Shown in pieces: positions 27,258 through 30,012 of a stretch of DNA of 30,012 nt. The position numbers and the translations under genes were made by a program. This DNA comes from a virus (taxonomy: Duplodnaviria; Caudoviricetes): positions 1 through 30,012 of the IMG/VR virus record IMGVR_UViG_3300017909_001926; one strand, 5' to 3'. Within the stretch, counting starts at the first letter, position 1, and each line of letters begins with the position of its first letter. The notes beneath the pieces are model-generated. The model saw only the letters and a list, made by a program, of their open reading frames with translations. It was not told the DNA's origin and made no database searches.

Positions 27258-27418
27258 AAACTTTTACAGTGTGGGAACAATGTACCGCAACTAATATTTA
27301 CACGGTACAGGCCGAGAGTGAACAGGAAGCGCGGGAGCTAGTCGCTGACGCTCAAATTGAACCGCGAGAGACTGATTACAGTGATTACGAGATAACTGAG
27401 GTACTAGAGGAAAAATGA
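27254..27418 (+). CDS. Small acidic protein (54 aa)
   Basis: Not in ORF track. GGAGGAG RBS. MKTFTVWEQCTATNIYTVQAESEQEARELVADAQIEPRETDYSDYEITEVLEEK. Confidence 0.65.
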   Translation: MKTFTVWEQCTATNIYTVQAESEQEARELVADAQIEPRETDYSDYEITEVLEEK

Positions 27419-27630
27419 AACCTAACACAATTTGCCATCCTGAAGCCTTAGCGGATTGGCGAGCGAACGACGAACTACCATCACAACAAAGGATCACAAG
27501 CAATGAGAATGGAAACAACAAGGTACAAAAAAAGCATCGTACGGAACTTGAAGGAATACTCGCACTCCGTCTTAAAGAAGCCATCGAGCGCGAAAATAGG
27601 AAGCGCGGGACGGTACGTAAAAAAAGGTAA
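27415..27630 (+). CDS. Hypothetical protein (overlaps next gene)
   Basis: ATGA-coupled with a GAGG RBS, but overlaps the downstream ORF by 128 nt. Confidence 0.4.
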   Translation: MKPNTICHPEALADWRANDELPSQQRITSNENGNNKVQKKHRTELEGILALRLKEAIERENRKRGTVRKKR

Positions 27631-28174
27631 ACTGAAAGATGCCGAGGTTTATACCCTCACGTTAATCGAACGGGAAACTTGCCCGACCTCATGCGGACAC
27701 TGGGACGATTGCTACGGAAATAATATGCCGTTTGCCCACCGGTTACAGCATGGCGAGGAACTCGAGCGCCGGTTGATTGTCGAGCTTGGCCAGAAGTGTA
27801 GTGCGGCCAGAAAAAAGGGACGCAAAGTATTGGTGCGCTTGCATGTCTTGGGGGACTTTTATAGTGTTGGCTATGTTGAGATGTGGCGCAAACTTCTGGT
27901 AGTACACAAGAATCTTTATGTGTGGGGTTATACTCACGTAACACCATCGGACAACCTGCAAATCTATCACCAGTTACAGCTAGCGCGGGACGGATTTCCC
28001 GAACGTTGGCACATACGTTGGAGCGATACTTGCGGAACGTTTAGCGCGAACAGTGAAAAACTGACAACCGATGGTATTGTGTGTCCAGAACAGGAGGGAA
28101 AAACGCAAGCCTGTACCACGTGCGCTCTGTGTTGGGATGCACCCGACAAAAACATTATTTTTAGGACCCACTAA
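27503..28174 (+). CDS. GP88-like Cys-cluster (radical-SAM-like) protein
   Basis: TCPTSCGHWDDCYG (Cx3Cx5C), RLHVLGDF, WGYT and C-terminal CPEQ...CTTCALCW. Confidence 0.6.
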   Translation: MRMETTRYKKSIVRNLKEYSHSVLKKPSSAKIGSAGRYVKKGKLKDAEVYTLTLIERETCPTSCGHWDDCYGNNMPFAHRLQHGEELERRLIVELGQKCSAARKKGRKVLVRLHVLGDFYSVGYVEMWRKLLVVHKNLYVWGYTHVTPSDNLQIYHQLQLARDGFPERWHIRWSDTCGTFSANSEKLTTDGIVCPEQEGKTQACTTCALCWDAPDKNIIFRTH

Positions 28175-28396
28175 GGATGGAAAATGTACCGCAAAAAATT
28201 GTCAACGCCACCCCAAAATATAGCCGACCTATATGCGGAAAGTCGTTTCAAAAAGTCGTCAACTGCCCCGTTTTTAAACGTGACCAGTGGTGCGAGTGTT
28301 ACCGACAAAAACCTGCCGGTGCGCGACCGGTTCGCCGCCGCCGCGCAAGCGATAAAAACGCACATTTATTTGCATGAAATTTTTATCGTTGGTCTG

Positions 28397-28427
28397 TTGT
28401 TATACGTTTTCTTTTCCGGTATATAAT
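28397..28427 (+). promoter_or_regulatory. Probable promoter for the DUF932 operon
   Basis: Perfect TATAAT at 28422-28427. Only a weak -35 (TTGTTA, 19-bp spacer). Confidence 0.45.
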
Positions 28428-28477
28428 GGGTTGACCGGATCGGATTGGCCGACCGGATTACAAGGAGGCTTTTAGCC

Positions 28478-29485
28478 ATGAATATCGCAACACACGACCT
28501 AGGGCGCACCGCTCGACGCATCCAAGACGGCTTGGAATTTGTGCACGACGACCCGCTCGACGTCGATTTTTTCCGCGAACTGGGCTCTGTCCAAAAGGAA
28601 GCAATGTATGACCGAGAAGGTAGACTTGTTGAGGGATACTATGCACTCAAAAACAGCAACACACAGGAGCTCTTGCAGTCTCCGCCGGTTGCCAAAACTT
28701 ACAAGCTTGTGGACCACTCGATGGCGTTTCGGGAGCAAGCCGAATCTATCTTGGCAAATGAATCGCTACCACACCAAAACCTAACGGTAGTCGACCGAAT
28801 CTTCGACGAAGGCCGCCGGGCTACTCGGGCGGTTTACTTCAACGACCTCACATTTGACATTGACGGGAAAGGACAAGGTATCACCGCTCGCGCTGACATC
28901 ATCAACAGCGTTGATATGTCTTGGGCCTTTCAGGTGTTCTCTGGTGCCTACCGTGATTACTGCCGGAATACTTGCGTATTTGGCGGGCAGAAAGCGTACC
29001 ACCAGAAACGCAAGCACACACAAAACCTGAGCGTTAAAGCGATGATCGCGAAGTCAACGCTCGGGCTCGGTATGTTCAACTCGCACCGTGACCAGATGGA
29101 CAAATGGCGGACAATTGAACTGAGCCCGAATGATTGGGTTGAGGTTCTCGAGAATACCGTGTGCAAAAAGGGCGGCGAGGCCGTGGCGCTATCAGTCGAT
29201 AAAACCGCACGGGTCAACGGTAAGCTTCTCGATTATCTCAACCACCGGTTCCAAGAGGAACAGCGCGAACTTGGGCCGACTCTGTGGGCTGGGTACAATG
29301 CGCTCACCCATTGGGCCACCCACGTCGACGAGACTTGGGAGCGTGAAAACCCAGACGGCACTATCACCGAACTGGCGACCTCACGAGGTAACAGCAATCC
29401 GCATCGCGTCCAACTACAGCGCGAAGCCAAGGTCCGTTCGGTGCTCGACTCGGCCCAGTGGCTCGCGTTGGAACAGGCCGCCTAG
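28478..29485 (+). CDS. DUF932/DUF945 family protein
   Basis: YKLVDH, INSVDMS, R..C.N and TLWAGYNALTHWATH motifs. Start at ATG 28478 after AAGGAGG. Confidence 0.75.
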   Translation: MNIATHDLGRTARRIQDGLEFVHDDPLDVDFFRELGSVQKEAMYDREGRLVEGYYALKNSNTQELLQSPPVAKTYKLVDHSMAFREQAESILANESLPHQNLTVVDRIFDEGRRATRAVYFNDLTFDIDGKGQGITARADIINSVDMSWAFQVFSGAYRDYCRNTCVFGGQKAYHQKRKHTQNLSVKAMIAKSTLGLGMFNSHRDQMDKWRTIELSPNDWVEVLENTVCKKGGEAVALSVDKTARVNGKLLDYLNHRFQEEQRELGPTLWAGYNALTHWATHVDETWERENPDGTITELATSRGNSNPHRVQLQREAKVRSVLDSAQWLALEQAA

Positions 29486-29486
29486 G

Positions 29487-29567
29487 ATGCTTGATTTCAT
29501 AACAGCCCTGTATAAATTCGCCGTCGTCATATTGGCGGTAATCATATTATCAATGATTTTTTCATAA
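29487..29567 (+). CDS. 26-aa single-TM peptide
   Basis: MLDFITALYKFAVVILAVIILSMIFS fills the gap between two genes. Confidence 0.5.
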   Translation: MLDFITALYKFAVVILAVIILSMIFS

Positions 29568-29578
29568 GGAACCAAACC

Positions 29579-30012
29579 ATGAAAACCACACAGGAACTAC
29601 GCGAGGATATCGCGACACTACGTACTGACCTCAATACAATCACTCTCAAGATTGAGAAGGCGCAGACCCAGTTGAGCGATGCACTCGATAACCTCGACGG
29701 TGTGTACGATGGCAACGTCTCCGCGAAGGATGACGCCAACCAGTTGATACTCGATCTGGATAAAGGGATTGATACCGGTAGCAAGACGAACCGCAAGGTA
29801 CAATCGACGCACTACCGTATGCTTGCCCTACTGGATCACTATGGGCCGATGCCTCGGGCACACATTGCCGGAATGCTCGGTATCAAGGAAGCAACCGTGG
29901 CGCAGTACTGCCACGTAATACACCATAACGGATTGGGGCGCTTGCAATCCCGAAAAGGTGTTGTTAGTCTTTTAGACGTTGGATGGCACACACGCCACCA
30001 CGACAACTTCAA
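29579..30012 (+). CDS. Coiled-coil plus winged-HTH protein (3'-truncated)
   Basis: Not in ORF track. AAGGA RBS. MKTTQELREDIATLRTDLNTITLKIEKAQTQL... then RMLALLDHYGPMPRAHIAGMLGIKEATVAQYCHVIHHNGL (HTH-like). Open to the window end. Confidence 0.65.
   Translation, partial: MKTTQELREDIATLRTDLNTITLKIEKAQTQLSDALDNLDGVYDGNVSAKDDANQLILDLDKGIDTGSKTNRKVQSTHYRMLALLDHYGPMPRAHIAGMLGIKEATVAQYCHVIHHNGLGRLQSRKGVVSLLDVGWHTRHHDNF

Larger units (their letters stand above)
1..30012. mobile_element. Bacteriophage genome segment, probably an HMO-2011-type marine podovirus
   Basis: Densely coupled ORFs (ATGA/TAATG overlaps). T7-like replication set (primase, helicase, PolA, endonuclease I, SSB), class I RNR, tail fibre and holin-like genes. 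The PolA carries a DnaJ-type Zn finger, a reported hallmark of HMO-2011-type phages. No cellular housekeeping genes. Confidence 0.9.

Noticed and set aside
28177-28426. ORFs 28177-28377, 28184-28426 and 28171-28365
   Set aside because: Mutually overlapping with no recognisable motifs. The region reads as regulatory DNA.
324-29861. Numerous antisense and alternative-frame ORFs in the track (e.g. 8373-8879, 24756-25268, 29130-29486)
   Set aside because: Shadows of well-supported genes, without RBS or protein motifs.
1-30012. Stop-codon reassignment
   Set aside because: TAA, TGA and TAG all end genes at sensible positions, and conserved enzymes are full length under the standard code.

Overview
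This 30-kb window is part of a tailed dsDNA phage genome. It is most consistent with an HMO-2011-type marine podovirus, because its family-A polymerase carries a DnaJ-type CxxCxGxG zinc finger. A GcrA-like ORF hints at an alphaproteobacterial host. There are three modules. (1) 1-13165 (+): a tail fibre C-terminus, a chaperone, a cluster of holin-like membrane proteins, and large helical putative internal-virion proteins, closed by a terminator at about 13203-13228. (2) 26186-13226 (-): primase, helicase, DNA polymerase, SSB, Cas4-like exonuclease, T7-type endonuclease I, DUF3310 and class I ribonucleotide reductase. (3) 26480-30012 (+): small early-type genes, a GP88-like Cys-cluster protein, DUF932 and a wHTH protein, transcribed from a divergent sigma70-like promoter pair. 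The most notable observations are: the polymerase is split into separate exonuclease and polymerase genes with three small ORFs between them; a self-contained ~70-nt non-coding unit (promoter, palindromic operator, hairpins, UUCG terminator) lies between nrdA and nrdB; and a 15-bp motif recurs in two non-coding control regions. No integrase, RNA polymerase, endolysin, capsid, terminase, tRNA or CRISPR array was seen. Family calls come from motif recognition by eye, not database searches.
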